DNA of 64,000 bases, taken from assembly GCA_964519555.1 (NCBI GenBank), contig CAZFJE010000001.1:3654-67653 (forward strand), written 5' to 3'. Both the position numbers and the translations under genes were made by a program. The DNA comes from an uncultured Thermoleophilia bacterium. Its GTDB lineage: Bacteria; Actinomycetota; Thermoleophilia; UBA2241. This document shows, piece after piece, positions 1 to 10,500 of the stretch (position 1 is its first letter; each line of letters begins with the position of its first letter). Below the pieces are notes generated by a model. The model saw only the letters and a program-made list of their open reading frames with translations, ran no database searches and was not told the origin of the DNA.

Positions 1-1245
1 CTGCTGTCGGGCGGCGTCCCGCAGGTCGTGATCGTGGGCGGCCAGGCGCCCACGTACAGCACCGTCTCGCAGGCGCTGCGCACCGCGCGCCCGCTGCAAC
101 CGCAGGCGAGCTACTCGCTCACCGCCAACGTCGCTCATCTCACGCCCAACGCCCTCGTCGCTCGCGGACGCGACTACCCCGCCGGCGTCGCCGCCGACCT
201 GGTCCTGCCGTTCCGGGCGGCCGCGTCGCTGACCCGCCAGCAATGGCTCGACACCCTGAGCGACTCAGGCGCAGCTCAGGAGTGGCGCGGCCTGTACGCG
301 CTCAACCAGCAGATCGTGGGGCAAGCCACCGACCCCTATCAGATCGCCCTGCGCATCGAGCAATATCTGCGCCAGCACTACGCCTACTCGCTCGCGCCGC
401 CGGCCAGTCGTTTCACGTCGCCCTACGCGGCCTTCCTGTTCGACACGCGCATCGGCTACTGCCAGCACTTCGCCGGCGCGATGGCCCTCTTGCTGCGCTT
501 CAACGGCATCCCCGCCCGGGTGGCCGTGGGGTTCACCGCCGGGGGGCTCGTCGGGCGAGACACCTACATCGTCACCCGAAACGACGCCCATGCCTGGACC
601 GAGGCCTACTTCCCCCACGTCGGCTGGGTCTCGTTCGAGCCCACGCCGGGCGACGACCTGCCGGGGATCGGGCCATCGTCGACCAACGCGGGCTTCACCG
701 ACCCGTTCCCCAGCGACGGCGGGGCGACCTCGGTGGCGGCCTCGGGGGCCGCTCCACCCAAGCTCCAGGGCCTGCCGAGCGGCGCCTCGGCCAAACAGAG
801 GAGCGGCGGCGTGGGGGCCGCGACCCCGGTCTCGCACACTCCGGACTGGCTGCTATGGGCGCTGGGCCTGGCGATCGCGCTGCTCGTCTGGCCCTTCGCC
901 AGGGCCGCCGTGCGGCGCTGCGGTCTGCACCGGGGCAGCGCTGACGACCGGCTGCGCGCCTCGCTTTCGCTGGTCGCCGCCGAGCTGCGCGACTACGGCC
1001 TGCCCGTGCCGCGCTCGCAAACGCTGATCGAGACCTCGCGGCTGCTCAGGGAGCGCCTCGACTACGATGCGACGCCGTTCACCAACCGCGCCGAGGCCGT
1101 GCTGTTCGGCGGACGTCCCGCCGACAAGCGCGACCTGGCCGACCTCGCCCGGCTGCGCGCCGAGCTGCGCCGGCGCCTGCGGGCACGCGCGGGCTGGGCC
1201 GGCGCCATGCGTGCGCGCTACGGGCTGCGCGCGGCGTTGCGCTGA
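1..1245 (+). CDS. Transglutaminase-like domain protein, 5'-truncated by the window edge
   Basis: The frame is open from base 1 (listed ORF 28..1245). Core motifs are YCQHFAGAMALLLR (Cys), DAHAWTEAYF (His) and GWVSFEPTPG (acidic residue, Glu where Asp is usual). There is a C-terminal TM helix, WLLWALGLAIALLVWPF. The gene is convergent with a MoxR/DUF58/DUF4129 operon, its usual partners. Confidence 0.85.
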   Translation: MLSGGVPQVVIVGGQAPTYSTVSQALRTARPLQPQASYSLTANVAHLTPNALVARGRDYPAGVAADLVLPFRAAASLTRQQWLDTLSDSGAAQEWRGLYALNQQIVGQATDPYQIALRIEQYLRQHYAYSLAPPASRFTSPYAAFLFDTRIGYCQHFAGAMALLLRFNGIPARVAVGFTAGGLVGRDTYIVTRNDAHAWTEAYFPHVGWVSFEPTPGDDLPGIGPSSTNAGFTDPFPSDGGATSVAASGAAPPKLQGLPSGASAKQRSGGVGAATPVSHTPDWLLWALGLAIALLVWPFARAAVRRCGLHRGSADDRLRASLSLVAAELRDYGLPVPRSQTLIETSRLLRERLDYDATPFTNRAEAVLFGGRPADKRDLADLARLRAELRRRLRARAGWAGAMRARYGLRAALR

Positions 1246-1270
1246 CGCGCGCGGCGCAGGCACGCAGCGT

Positions 1271-1292
1271 CGCGGCGCACCTGAGCGCCGCG
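1271..1292. terminator. GC hairpin between convergent genes (possible bidirectional terminator)
   Basis: cgcggcgc-acctga-gcgccgcg forms a perfect 8-bp stem with a 6-nt loop. It lies in the 53-bp gap between the stops at 1245 (+) and 1299 (-). There is no clear U-tract. Confidence 0.35.
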
Positions 1293-1298
1293 CGAAGC

Positions 1299-2843
1299 TC
1301 ACGCCATGAACGCTCGCGCGAGGCCCTCGAACAGGCGCGCCTGTGCGGCGTCGACGGCGTGGCCCGAATAGCGCGCCCGTTCGTAGATCGCCGCCAGGTC
1401 GGTGGCAGTCACGATCGGCGGCGCGCTCGACGCCTCGATGGGCGGCGTGTCGAGAAGAGGTGGCCCGTCGGCGACCACCGCCCGCCCGCCGAGACCCGCC
1501 GGCGACTCCTGGCCGGTCACGACCGGATCACCCGCGGACACCTCGCCGGCAGGCGCCGTCGACACGGCTGCGAGATAGTCGCGCACGGTGACTCCCGGCT
1601 GCCGCGGCCTCCCCGCGCGGGCGAGCCGCCGCTCCAGGTCGGCATACCGCATGCGGACGACCTCGTCCGGCGTACCGGGCTTGCGCCTTGGGCGGCGGCG
1701 CCACCGCCCAAGGCGCGCCGCGGCCAGCCCGAGGGCCGCCTTGAACGAGACGAGCGACTCGCGCTCTTCGACCACCAGGGCTGCGGCCCGCGATGACCGC
1801 CGGGAGCGGCGCAGGGCCACAAAGACCAGTCCGCACGAAAGCACGCAGGCGGTGACCGCGCCAAGCGCCGTGAAGAGCAGCCGCGACCCTGCCCACACGC
1901 TCGGGCCGCCTCGGCCGGGTCGACGGAGCGCCGCCCCCTGAAACGGCGCCGGCGACACCCGGCTGACGTGCCCGAGATGCACGTGAACGACGCTCAGCAG
2001 CAGAGCGACCGCGCGCACGGCCTCGACCGCGGCGTAGACGACGAGATAAGCCACCACGGCAAGCCCGTAGCGCACGGCGAACGCGACGGCATCGAGCGCG
2101 CCGAGCGCGACACCCACGCGCAGGACCTGACCGAGCAGCGCGCCCAGCGCGACGACGAAGACGATGGCGCCGGCCACGGCCAGCAGCCACGGCCTGGCGG
2201 GCAGCCGCTCGGCCGGGGCGACCAGTGCGACGAGCGACTGATGGCGCACCACGGCCACGAGCAGCCCCCCGGCGACCAGCGACGCGACCACAGCCCAAAC
2301 CCCCCAAGCCGGCGTGGCGCCTGCGAGAGCGGCGAAGGCAAGGACGGCGCACAGCAGGACAAAGCCGCGCACTGCGCGCCGCACGGCGGTCTCGGGCTCA
2401 GGCAGAGCCTCGCCCAAGCGGGCGCCCAGGGCAACGAGCCCGCCGGCAAACACCAGGTCCCGTACGACCACCCAGAGCGCCGAGGAGTGCGCCCAGGCGT
2501 TGCCGGCCAGGACCAGCACCGCGACGCTCGCCGCGATCAACCCCATCTCGCACAGGAACGTGGCGCGCTTGCCGGCATCTCCGGGGGCGGCGCGCCCTGC
2601 CCCATCGCCGTCGTCGCCGTCGGCGATGACGTCGCCCGTCCCAGCGCCTTCGCGGCGTGGAACTGCGATCTGCCCGGCGGTCAGTGCGGCGGCCAGCACC
2701 ACGGCGCAGGCGAACGCGGTGAGCCACAAGGTCGTCGCCGGCGAGGCCGCGACGAACGCCGCCGCCAGGCAGCCGCACCACAGGCCTTCGACTCCGGCGC
2801 CCAGCGCCAGGCCGGCGAGGTCAAGCGAGGAGCGGGAGCGCAT
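1299..2843 (-). CDS. Polytopic membrane protein with a C-terminal DUF4129-like tail
   Basis: The listed ORF is 1299..3032. Its first 63 codons overlap the DUF58 gene and are Arg/Pro/Ser-rich, so I moved the start to ATG 2843 (MRSRSSLDLAGLALG). There are many hydrophobic helices. The tail, DLAAIYERARYSGHAVDAAQARLFEGLARAF, resembles DUF4129. Confidence 0.7.
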   Translation of the reverse strand: MRSRSSLDLAGLALGAGVEGLWCGCLAAAFVAASPATTLWLTAFACAVVLAAALTAGQIAVPRREGAGTGDVIADGDDGDGAGRAAPGDAGKRATFLCEMGLIAASVAVLVLAGNAWAHSSALWVVVRDLVFAGGLVALGARLGEALPEPETAVRRAVRGFVLLCAVLAFAALAGATPAWGVWAVVASLVAGGLLVAVVRHQSLVALVAPAERLPARPWLLAVAGAIVFVVALGALLGQVLRVGVALGALDAVAFAVRYGLAVVAYLVVYAAVEAVRAVALLLSVVHVHLGHVSRVSPAPFQGAALRRPGRGGPSVWAGSRLLFTALGAVTACVLSCGLVFVALRRSRRSSRAAALVVEERESLVSFKAALGLAAARLGRWRRRPRRKPGTPDEVVRMRYADLERRLARAGRPRQPGVTVRDYLAAVSTAPAGEVSAGDPVVTGQESPAGLGGRAVVADGPPLLDTPPIEASSAPPIVTATDLAAIYERARYSGHAVDAAQARLFEGLARAFMA

Positions 2844-4044
2844 CGCTCGACCTCCAGTCGAACTCGGCCGGCACGACGGCGTCGACGAATCGCGCCTCGG
2901 CCTCTGTCGGTCGCCCCACGTAGACGACCCTGGTCGGGCGTTCGGCGCGCAACTGGGCGAGCCGGTCGAGCACGCTCTCGCGCAGGGCGGCCGTGACCAC
3001 GAGGCACTCCGCCGGGCTGCTCTCGTCGGCAAGCTCGACGGCGAGCATGCGTTCGAAGCCGCGAGCCGTGAACAGGTGCACGCGGGCCAGCATCTCGAGG
3101 ACCTCGGGCAGCGCGCCCTGTGCGGGTTCGATGTCGGCGACGCGCCAGTCGCCCATCAGCCGGGCGTTAGAGGCGAGGCCCACGCCGAAGCCCTGCGCGG
3201 CGAAGGCGGCGGCCAGCGAAGCGGTCACCACGCAGAGCAGCTCCATGCGCTCGGGGCCCATGCCCTGCCAGGCGTTCTGCAGCACGCCGACGTCGAGCAG
3301 CAGACGCACGGCGGCAAGCGACGCCGGCTCGAACTCGTTGGTCTGCAGCTCGCCCACGCGCGCCGTAGCACGCCAGTTGATCGCCCGCAGCGGGTCGCCG
3401 GCGCGATACTCCCTGATGCCGCGCAGCGCCGTGGGGTCAGAGGCGAGCGAGCGGGCCGCGGCCTCTTCGGCCAGGGGGCGGCCCAGGAAGGCCTTGAGAT
3501 CGGGGACGTCGAGCACCTTGGGCAGCACGGCGATCTCGGCGCGCGCCTCGAGCTCGTCTCTCACCCCGGCAACGCCGAACGGGTCACCGGCCTCGAGCTC
3601 GACGGGACCGAAGCGCTGCAGGCCGCGCGCCGTGCAGCGCACGCGATAGCGACGCCGCAGCAGCTCGTACCAGCGCACCGAGACGGTCTGCTCGAAGACC
3701 TGCAGGCCGCGCCCCCGTGGCCGCAGCGTGAAACCAAGTGGCTCGAGCCCGGCGGGCCACTGGTCGCGGACGCGCATCCACAGCAGGGGGAGCAGCTTGG
3801 CGTTGGTGACGCTGACCGTTACCTCGAGCTCGCCGCCCCACGACACGACGCGCCGCGACAGCGTGCGCTCGAAGGTCACGGCGGAAAAGACGCGCCGCCG
3901 GGTCGCCACGACGAGGGCAGTCAGGAACGCGGCGCAGAGCGCCGCAAAGACGAGCGCCGGTGAGTGCAGCAGGGCAGCGAGAGCGACCGCCGCGATGGCG
4001 GCGGCGGCTATCGACCTCAGCCGCACGGCCGGCCCTCGGTTCAT
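2821..4044 (-). CDS. DUF58 family protein (vWA-like, MoxR partner)
   Basis: It has an N-terminal double TM segment and the motif REYRAGDPLRAINWRATARVGELQTNEFEP, which is typical of DUF58. Its start overlaps the MoxR stop by 4 nt (ATGA). Confidence 0.85.
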   Translation of the reverse strand: MNRGPAVRLRSIAAAAIAAVALAALLHSPALVFAALCAAFLTALVVATRRRVFSAVTFERTLSRRVVSWGGELEVTVSVTNAKLLPLLWMRVRDQWPAGLEPLGFTLRPRGRGLQVFEQTVSVRWYELLRRRYRVRCTARGLQRFGPVELEAGDPFGVAGVRDELEARAEIAVLPKVLDVPDLKAFLGRPLAEEAAARSLASDPTALRGIREYRAGDPLRAINWRATARVGELQTNEFEPASLAAVRLLLDVGVLQNAWQGMGPERMELLCVVTASLAAAFAAQGFGVGLASNARLMGDWRVADIEPAQGALPEVLEMLARVHLFTARGFERMLAVELADESSPAECLVVTAALRESVLDRLAQLRAERPTRVVYVGRPTEAEARFVDAVVPAEFDWRSSDALPLLA

Positions 4045-5030
4045 GCGACCGGCGGCTCGTCGTCGCCGGGTTCGGCGGGCACGGGCACGGTGGCCGCGAG
4101 CTCGCGCAGCACGTGGTCGGCGTCGCGCCCGTCGATCGCCGCGTCGCGCGCCACGATCAGGCGGTGCGCGAGGACAGGCACGATGAGCTCCTGCACGTCG
4201 TCAGGGGTCACGTAGTCGCGCCCCGCCAGCGCCGCGACGGCCTGCGCGGCGTGCTGCAGCGAGAGCGAGGCGCGCGGGCTGGCGCCGAGTCGCAGGAGCG
4301 GGGTCTCGCGAGTCGCCTGCGCGAGCGCCACCAGGTACCGCGCGACGTCGTCTGCCACATGCACCGCCCGCACCGCGGCGCGCGCCGCCGGGATGGACTT
4401 CGCCGGGGCCACCGGCCGTACCTCGGCCAGCGGGTCGCCGGCGCGGAATCGCTCGAGCATGAGAATCTCCTCGTCGCCGGTCGGGTAGCCCATGCGCAGG
4501 CGCAGCAGGAACCGGTCGAGCTGCGCCTCGGGCAGGGGGAACGTGCCCTTGAGCTCGACTGGGTTCTGTGTCGCCAGCAGCATGAACGGGCGCGGCAGGG
4601 GGTGCGTGACGCCGTCGACAGTCACGCCCCGCTCCTCCATCGCCTCGAGAAAGGCCGACTGTGTGCGCGGCGTAGCGCGGTTGACCTCGTCGACGAGCAC
4701 GACGTTGGCGAACAGGGGGCCCGGGCGGAACTCAAAGTCGCCGCGGCGCTGGTCGAAGACCATCGCGCCGGTGACGTCGGCGGGCAGCAGGTCGGCCGTG
4801 CACTGCACGCGGGCGAAGCTCAAGCCCAGGGCGGCCGCGACCGTGCGCACGAGCAGCGTCTTGGCGACACCGGGCACGTCGTCGAGCAGAACGTGCCCGT
4901 CGGCCAGCAGGGCCACCGCGATGAGCCGCGTCTGTTCGGCCTTGCCGACGATGACGCTGCCTACCTGGCCGGCGAGCGCGCGGCCGAGCTCGGCGGGACC
5001 AAGGGCGGCTGCGATGGGATCGAGTGTGAT
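4041..5030 (-). CDS. MoxR-family AAA+ ATPase; start codon uncertain
   Basis: Motifs are GHVLLDDVPGVAKT (Walker A) and VVLVDEVNRATPRTQSAFLEAMEE (Walker B/sensor). The listed ORF starts at GTG 4916, but the frame is open up to 5069 and encodes the conserved VIVGKAEQTRLIAVALLA segment upstream. There is no ATG/GTG/TTG in that stretch. ATC at 5030 is a guess. Confidence 0.85.
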   Translation of the reverse strand: MTLDPIAAALGPAELGRALAGQVGSVIVGKAEQTRLIAVALLADGHVLLDDVPGVAKTLLVRTVAAALGLSFARVQCTADLLPADVTGAMVFDQRRGDFEFRPGPLFANVVLVDEVNRATPRTQSAFLEAMEERGVTVDGVTHPLPRPFMLLATQNPVELKGTFPLPEAQLDRFLLRLRMGYPTGDEEILMLERFRAGDPLAEVRPVAPAKSIPAARAAVRAVHVADDVARYLVALAQATRETPLLRLGASPRASLSLQHAAQAVAALAGRDYVTPDDVQELIVPVLAHRLIVARDAAIDGRDADHVLRELAATVPVPAEPGDDEPPVA

Positions 5031-5278
5031 GGAGAAGCCTCCGGCGATCGCTGCATCCGCTCGACTGTACTACATCGGCCGGTCGAGCGTCAGGCCGCGG
5101 CGCACGCTCGCCGCCCGCGCAAAGACGGGGTGACGCCGGAGCGATCGGGCGCCGCCCGCCTGCGCTCGGGCGGCGAGAAGTCGAGCCCGGCGAAGGCGCA
5201 GGCGGCCGGCGCGCCCACGAAGAGCGGCAGGATCGTCGCCCCGACGACCGGAGCGGCCTTTCGCTTCGGCGAAGGGGG

Positions 5279-6439
5279 CTACGTGACGGCGCCTCGCCGG
5301 TCGGCGAGCGCAACGCGGTTGCGGCCGGCCTGCTTGGCCCGGTAGAGGGCCCTGTCGGCGGCCTCGATCAGGCTCTCGAGCGAGTCGTCGGCGCCCACCA
5401 GGCTGGCGACGCCGATGCTCACTGTCACCACCGGCAGCGACTCGCGAGAGCCGAAGTGCTCGCCTTCGATGCCGTGTCTGATGCGTTCGGCGGCGGCCAG
5501 GGCCACATCGCCGTCGTGATCGCGAGGCGACCCGCTGGCGTCGCGGGCGGCGTGCTCGCCGACGTCGTCGAGCCGCTGCTGCTCGATGGCGTCGCGCAGG
5601 CGCTCGCCGGCGAAACCCGCGCCCTCGCCGCCAGTGCTCGGCAGGATGACGGCGAACTCGTCGCCCCCGTAGCGGGCGACGATGTCGATCTGGGTGCGCG
5701 TCTGTTCGATGAGCAGCGCGCCGAGAGCGCGCAGCAGGGTGTCACCCGCCGGGTGGCCGCAGCGGTCGTTGTAGTCCTTGAATCCGTCGATGTCGATGAG
5801 CAGCAGCGACAGCGCCAACCCGTAGCGGTTGGCGCGCGCGACCTCGGCCGCGAGGCGCTCGTGAAAGTGGCGGTGGTTGAAGAGCGCCGTGACGCCGTCG
5901 GTGATGGCGAGGGCTTCGAGCTCTCCGTAGAGGCGGGCGTTCTGAATGGCGACCGCGGCCAGCGCCGCCAGCGTGGTGGCGAGCTGCCGGTCGCGCTCTG
6001 AGAACAGGCGCGTGTGGCGCTTCTCGATCAGTTGCAGACAGCCGATCACCTCGCCCTTGAAGATCAGCGGCACGAGCAGGCAGCTGCGCTCGCCCCACGC
6101 CTCCATGCGGGCCCGGTCGGCCGCCGGCAGGCCGGGGTCGGCGAGGTAGGCGGCCAGCAAGCGTCCTTCGTGCAGCACGCGGCGAAAGGTGGGGTGCTCG
6201 GTCAGTCTGAGCCTGCCGCCGACCCAGTCGTCGTCGCCTGGTTCGGGCTCGAGCGCCCACACGGCAAGACAGGCAGCCTCTTCTTGAGGGGCGACCCAGC
6301 CGTAGATGTCGCACTCCCAGAGCTCGAGGACCTCGCAGGTGCGCTGGGCGATGCTGGCGAGCACCTCGTCGAGCACCAGGCTCGAAGTGATGGCCGAGAC
6401 GATCTCGGCGGTGACGGTGAGGCGGGACGACTTCGCCAC
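5279..6439 (-). CDS. GAF-GGDEF diguanylate cyclase
   Basis: The N-terminal GAF-like region reads VSAITSSLVLDEVLASIAQRTCEVLELWECDIY. The GGDEF domain has ITDGVTALFNHRHFHERL and RYGGDEFAVILP. The start is GTG 6439. Confidence 0.9.
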   Translation of the reverse strand: MAKSSRLTVTAEIVSAITSSLVLDEVLASIAQRTCEVLELWECDIYGWVAPQEEAACLAVWALEPEPGDDDWVGGRLRLTEHPTFRRVLHEGRLLAAYLADPGLPAADRARMEAWGERSCLLVPLIFKGEVIGCLQLIEKRHTRLFSERDRQLATTLAALAAVAIQNARLYGELEALAITDGVTALFNHRHFHERLAAEVARANRYGLALSLLLIDIDGFKDYNDRCGHPAGDTLLRALGALLIEQTRTQIDIVARYGGDEFAVILPSTGGEGAGFAGERLRDAIEQQRLDDVGEHAARDASGSPRDHDGDVALAAAERIRHGIEGEHFGSRESLPVVTVSIGVASLVGADDSLESLIEAADRALYRAKQAGRNRVALADRRGAVT

Positions 6440-6847
6440 GGCGCTTCAGTCCACGCCCATCACGGGCCGCCCGTGGCTGCGCCGGTCCGGCGTGGCCGTA
6501 GCGACTCGCACTCCGCGCACCGACCCGCCGCATCTGCCATGCCTGCCGGTCATGGTCCCCCCCTGTCGAGCACCCTGGAGCCCCGTCCGAGGATGCCCGC
6601 TTGACGTCGGCCGGCGCCCCACGGCGACGGTCCGCGTTCGGTCCGTTCGGCACGGGCCGTGCGCGCCGCTCGTAGCGAGCCGGCACCCCCACACAAAAGG
6701 TATCGGTCGGACCGCCACTCGTCTGAACGAGCGACTGCCGTCACATTCCGGGATTCTAGCGCAGATGAGCAGATTTTTGGGCGAGACCCCCACGCGCCGC
6801 CACGACCGCGCAGTCTCCTGGACCCGGCAGACCCGAAAACGCCTGCC

Positions 6848-7369
6848 TCAGACGGACCCCAGCCTGAGGCGCGAGAGGCGAGTGCGCAGGTCGCCCTGCC
6901 AGCGCGGTGTCAGCGAGCGCACGAGGTGTACCGTCTCGGAGTGGCGCACGGAGCCCGAAAAGGGCGGCAACGGCGACGGCAGCGCTATCAGGGCCGCGGT
7001 CACGAGCCAGACGGTGGCCACTGCCAGCAGCGCGCCGCAGACCAGGCCGCCGAGACGGTCGAGGCCGCCCAGCAGCGGGACGTGCCTGAGCGCACCGCCA
7101 AGGCGCCCGGCGAGCCAGCCGGCGGCGACCTCGACGACGACCACGATGACGAGGAAGGCCAGCACGCGCTGCGTGGCCGGGACAAAGCCGTGCACCCGCG
7201 CGATCCAGCCGCCCACGACGCGATCGAAGCGCAGGGCGAGCCACAGGCCGACGCCCAGAGCGAGCCAGGTCAGGAGCGTGGCCACCAGTCCCACACGAAA
7301 GCCGCGGAAGGCAAGCAGCGCCAAGACGGCCACGACGCCCAGGTCGTAGGCGGTCATATGCTGATCCAT
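6848..7369 (-). CDS. CvpA-family membrane protein
   Basis: 173 aa with four hydrophobic helices. The N-terminus, YDLGVVAVLALLAFRGFRVGLV, resembles colicin V production protein family members. Confidence 0.7.
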   Translation of the reverse strand: MDQHMTAYDLGVVAVLALLAFRGFRVGLVATLLTWLALGVGLWLALRFDRVVGGWIARVHGFVPATQRVLAFLVIVVVVEVAAGWLAGRLGGALRHVPLLGGLDRLGGLVCGALLAVATVWLVTAALIALPSPLPPFSGSVRHSETVHLVRSLTPRWQGDLRTRLSRLRLGSV

Positions 7370-7591
7370 CCGGGGGTCTGCCGTGCCTGCCGCATCGTCG
7401 CCGTCCTTCGAGTAGGGCCTCAGCCGCGCCGATAGAGAGCCTACCGCTTTTCGGGCGGCGTGCGGACGGCCGCGCGCCTCGGCGGCAGCTCGCCGCAGAC
7501 GATCGCCGCCGAGAGTCGTCGCGCCCTGACGGCGGCGGGCCGGCGGCGGCGGAGGGGGGCGGCGCGACCAGACGAGGGCGGGCCGCCGGCG

Positions 7592-10500
7592 CTAGCGGTG
7601 CGACGCGACCCGCTCGAGAGCCGCCACGACGTCGGTGTCGAACTGCGTGCCGGTACAGCGCCGCATCTCTTCGAGGGCGTCGGCCACGGTCTGCGCGGCC
7701 CGGTAGGGCCGCGCGCTCAGCAGCGCCTCGAACGCCGAGGCCACCGACACGATGCGGGCCGCCAGCGGTATCCGGGCGCCGCTGAGCGCCGCCGGGTAGC
7801 CGCTGCCGTCGAAGCGCTCGTGATGGTGGGCGACCGCGTCGGCCACCGAGTCCATGCCGATGCGGCGCAGCAGCCGCGCTCCGGCCTGGGGATGCTCGCG
7901 GATGAGCGTCCACTCCTCGGCCGACAGGCCGCCCGGCTTGCCCAATACCTCGTCGGGAATGGCGAAGTGGCCGATGTCGCGCAACCGCGCGGCCTCGGCG
8001 ATCTGGCCCGCGGCCGCATCGTCGAGACCGAGCTCGCCAGAGAGGAGCCGCGCCAGGCCGGCGACGGTCTCGGAGTGGCGTTCCTGATAGAGCATCTTGG
8101 CGTCGGCGAGCTCGGCCATCATCTCGAGGTAGTCGAGGGCGTACGCGTGATCGTCGTGGGAGCCGTCGCCGTTCCGTGCCGCGAACCCCATGGCGCGGTT
8201 ACGGCCGCGGTTCTTGGCCAGGTCGAGCGCCCACAGGGCCTTGTCGACCAGGCCCTCCTTGTCCTGGGCGTCCCAGGGGAAGGTCGCTATGCCGGCGCTC
8301 AGCGTGAGCGCCTGTCCCTCGAACCCGAGGCCCGCGCTCTCGACCGCGCTGCGCACGCCTTCGGCGACGGCGAAGGCCTCGGCGCCGCTGCTGTCGGCGA
8401 GCACCAGGGCGAACTCGTCGCCGCCGTAGCGGGCGCACAGGTCGGTCGGCCGCGACGCGCTGTCGACGAGCTGCCCGATGGCGCGCAGGGCGTCGTCGCC
8501 CTTGTGGTGGCCGACCTGCCGGTTGAGGCGCTCGAGGTGGTCGACGTCGCACAGCACGAGCGACAGCTCTCCCCCGCTCTCTCGTGCGCGGACGATCTCT
8601 TTGGCCAGGGCCTCGTGCAGGTAGCGATGGTTGCAGAGCCCGGTGAGGGTGTCGGTGATGGCGTCGGTCTGCACGCGGTCGAGGCGGCCCTGAGCGCCTT
8701 CGAGGAGTGCGGTGAGCGTTTGCGTCACGTCGTCTGGGCGCAGCCCGGCCCCTTCGGCCGCTTCGTAGGCAGGGTAGTCGACCGAGACCGCGGCCACGAT
8801 CTCGCCGGCCGGATCTCTGATCGGAGTCATGGCGCTGATCCACATGCCGTACTGGTCGGCCGCCACGAGACAGATGTCGAGGGTCTCGCCGGCCAGGGTG
8901 CGTACCAGCTCCTCGTCAGCCACGAGAGGATCGCCGAGATGGGAGCGTTCGGCCTCGCGTTCCTCGGCGTCGCAGACGAAGATGAAGCCGTCGCCGCGCC
9001 GCGCCGCCGTGGTGACGAAGCGCACGCCGGTGTGTTGGTCGCGTATGTCGCGCAGCACGGCCACCGTCTGCACGTAGGCCGGGTCGGACTCGCTGCCGCT
9101 CTCGGCGAGCGCCCTGTGCGCCTCGGCATCGATGAGTCCCGCCGCCCGCAAGCCCGCCGCACAGGCACGCTCGCGTTGCGCCGCGATCTTGCGCAGCACC
9201 GCCGCGAACGCATCGACCATGGCCGGGTCGAACTGGCTGCCTTTGCAACGCTCGAGCTCCTCACGGCACTGCGTGTAGCTGAGACCGCGATGATAGGGGC
9301 GGTCGAACGACATGGCGTCGTAGGAGTCGACCACGCACATGGCGCGCGCGACCAACGGGATCTGCTCGCCGACGAGGCCATCGGGGTAGCCGCGGCCGTC
9401 GAAACGCTCGTGGTGGTGGCGCACGCCGGCGACCATGTCGGTGTCGTAGAGAGGTTTGATGATCTCGGCGCTGAGCGCCGGGTGCTGACGCATCATCTCC
9501 CACTCCCGCTGGTTGAGCTTGCCGGCCTTGGTAAGCACGCGGTCGGGAATGCCGATCTTGCCGATGTCGTGCAGGTAGGCCGCCTCGCCGACCTTGCCCA
9601 CGGTCTCGGCGGGCCAGCCCAGCTCTTTGCCCAGCATCACCATATAGGCGGCTACCCGCGCGGTGTGTCCCAGCGTGTAGTGGTCCTTGGCGTTCAGTGC
9701 GGTGCAGAGCGCGCGCAGGTTGTTGGCGTAGACGGTCTTGACGTTCTCGTATTGCTGCGCGTTCTGAATGGCGATGGCGGCCAGGTTGGCAAACAGTTTG
9801 GCCGACTCGAGCTCGCTCTCGTCGAAGGTGCGACCCTCCATGCGATCGACGGACAGCACGCCGATGACGATCCCGCCCACCGTGAGCGGCACGATGATCG
9901 AGGCCTGCGGCTCGGCCTCTGTGCCGGGCACCACCCCCACGCGCGGATCGCCCGGCATGTCGTTCACGAGCTGCGCTTCGTTGTGACGCACGACCCAGCC
10001 GCTGACGCCGACGTCGAGCGTGGAGCGCCAGTTCTCGATGTAGTCGGCGTCGCCGTCGCTGGCGTAAGCGCAGTAGAGCTCGTCGGTCTCGGTGTCGATC
10101 AGGCGGATCTCCATGCAGTCGTTGTCGACCACGCGCTTGACCAGCGTGGCGATGCGCGAGAAGACGTCGTCGTCGTTGAGCGTGGCAAGCAGGGCTCCGC
10201 TCAACTCCAGAATGACCTCGCGCAGCTCGACCTGCGAGGCGAGCAGCTTGCCGGTGCGTTCGAGTCGTTCGTACTGGCGCGCGTTCTGAATGACAACCGC
10301 CGCCTGCTCGGCGAGCGCCTGCACGAGGGCGAGCTCGTCGGGCTTGAACTGACGCTCGCGCACGGTCTCGATCAGGACCAGAATGCCGATCGGCTGGTTG
10401 TCGAAGATGAGCGGCACCGAAAGGCGACTCTTCTCGCCCCACTCCGCCATGAGGGCGCGAGTGGCCGGCTGCAGATCGGGGTCGGAGACATGCTCCTGGA

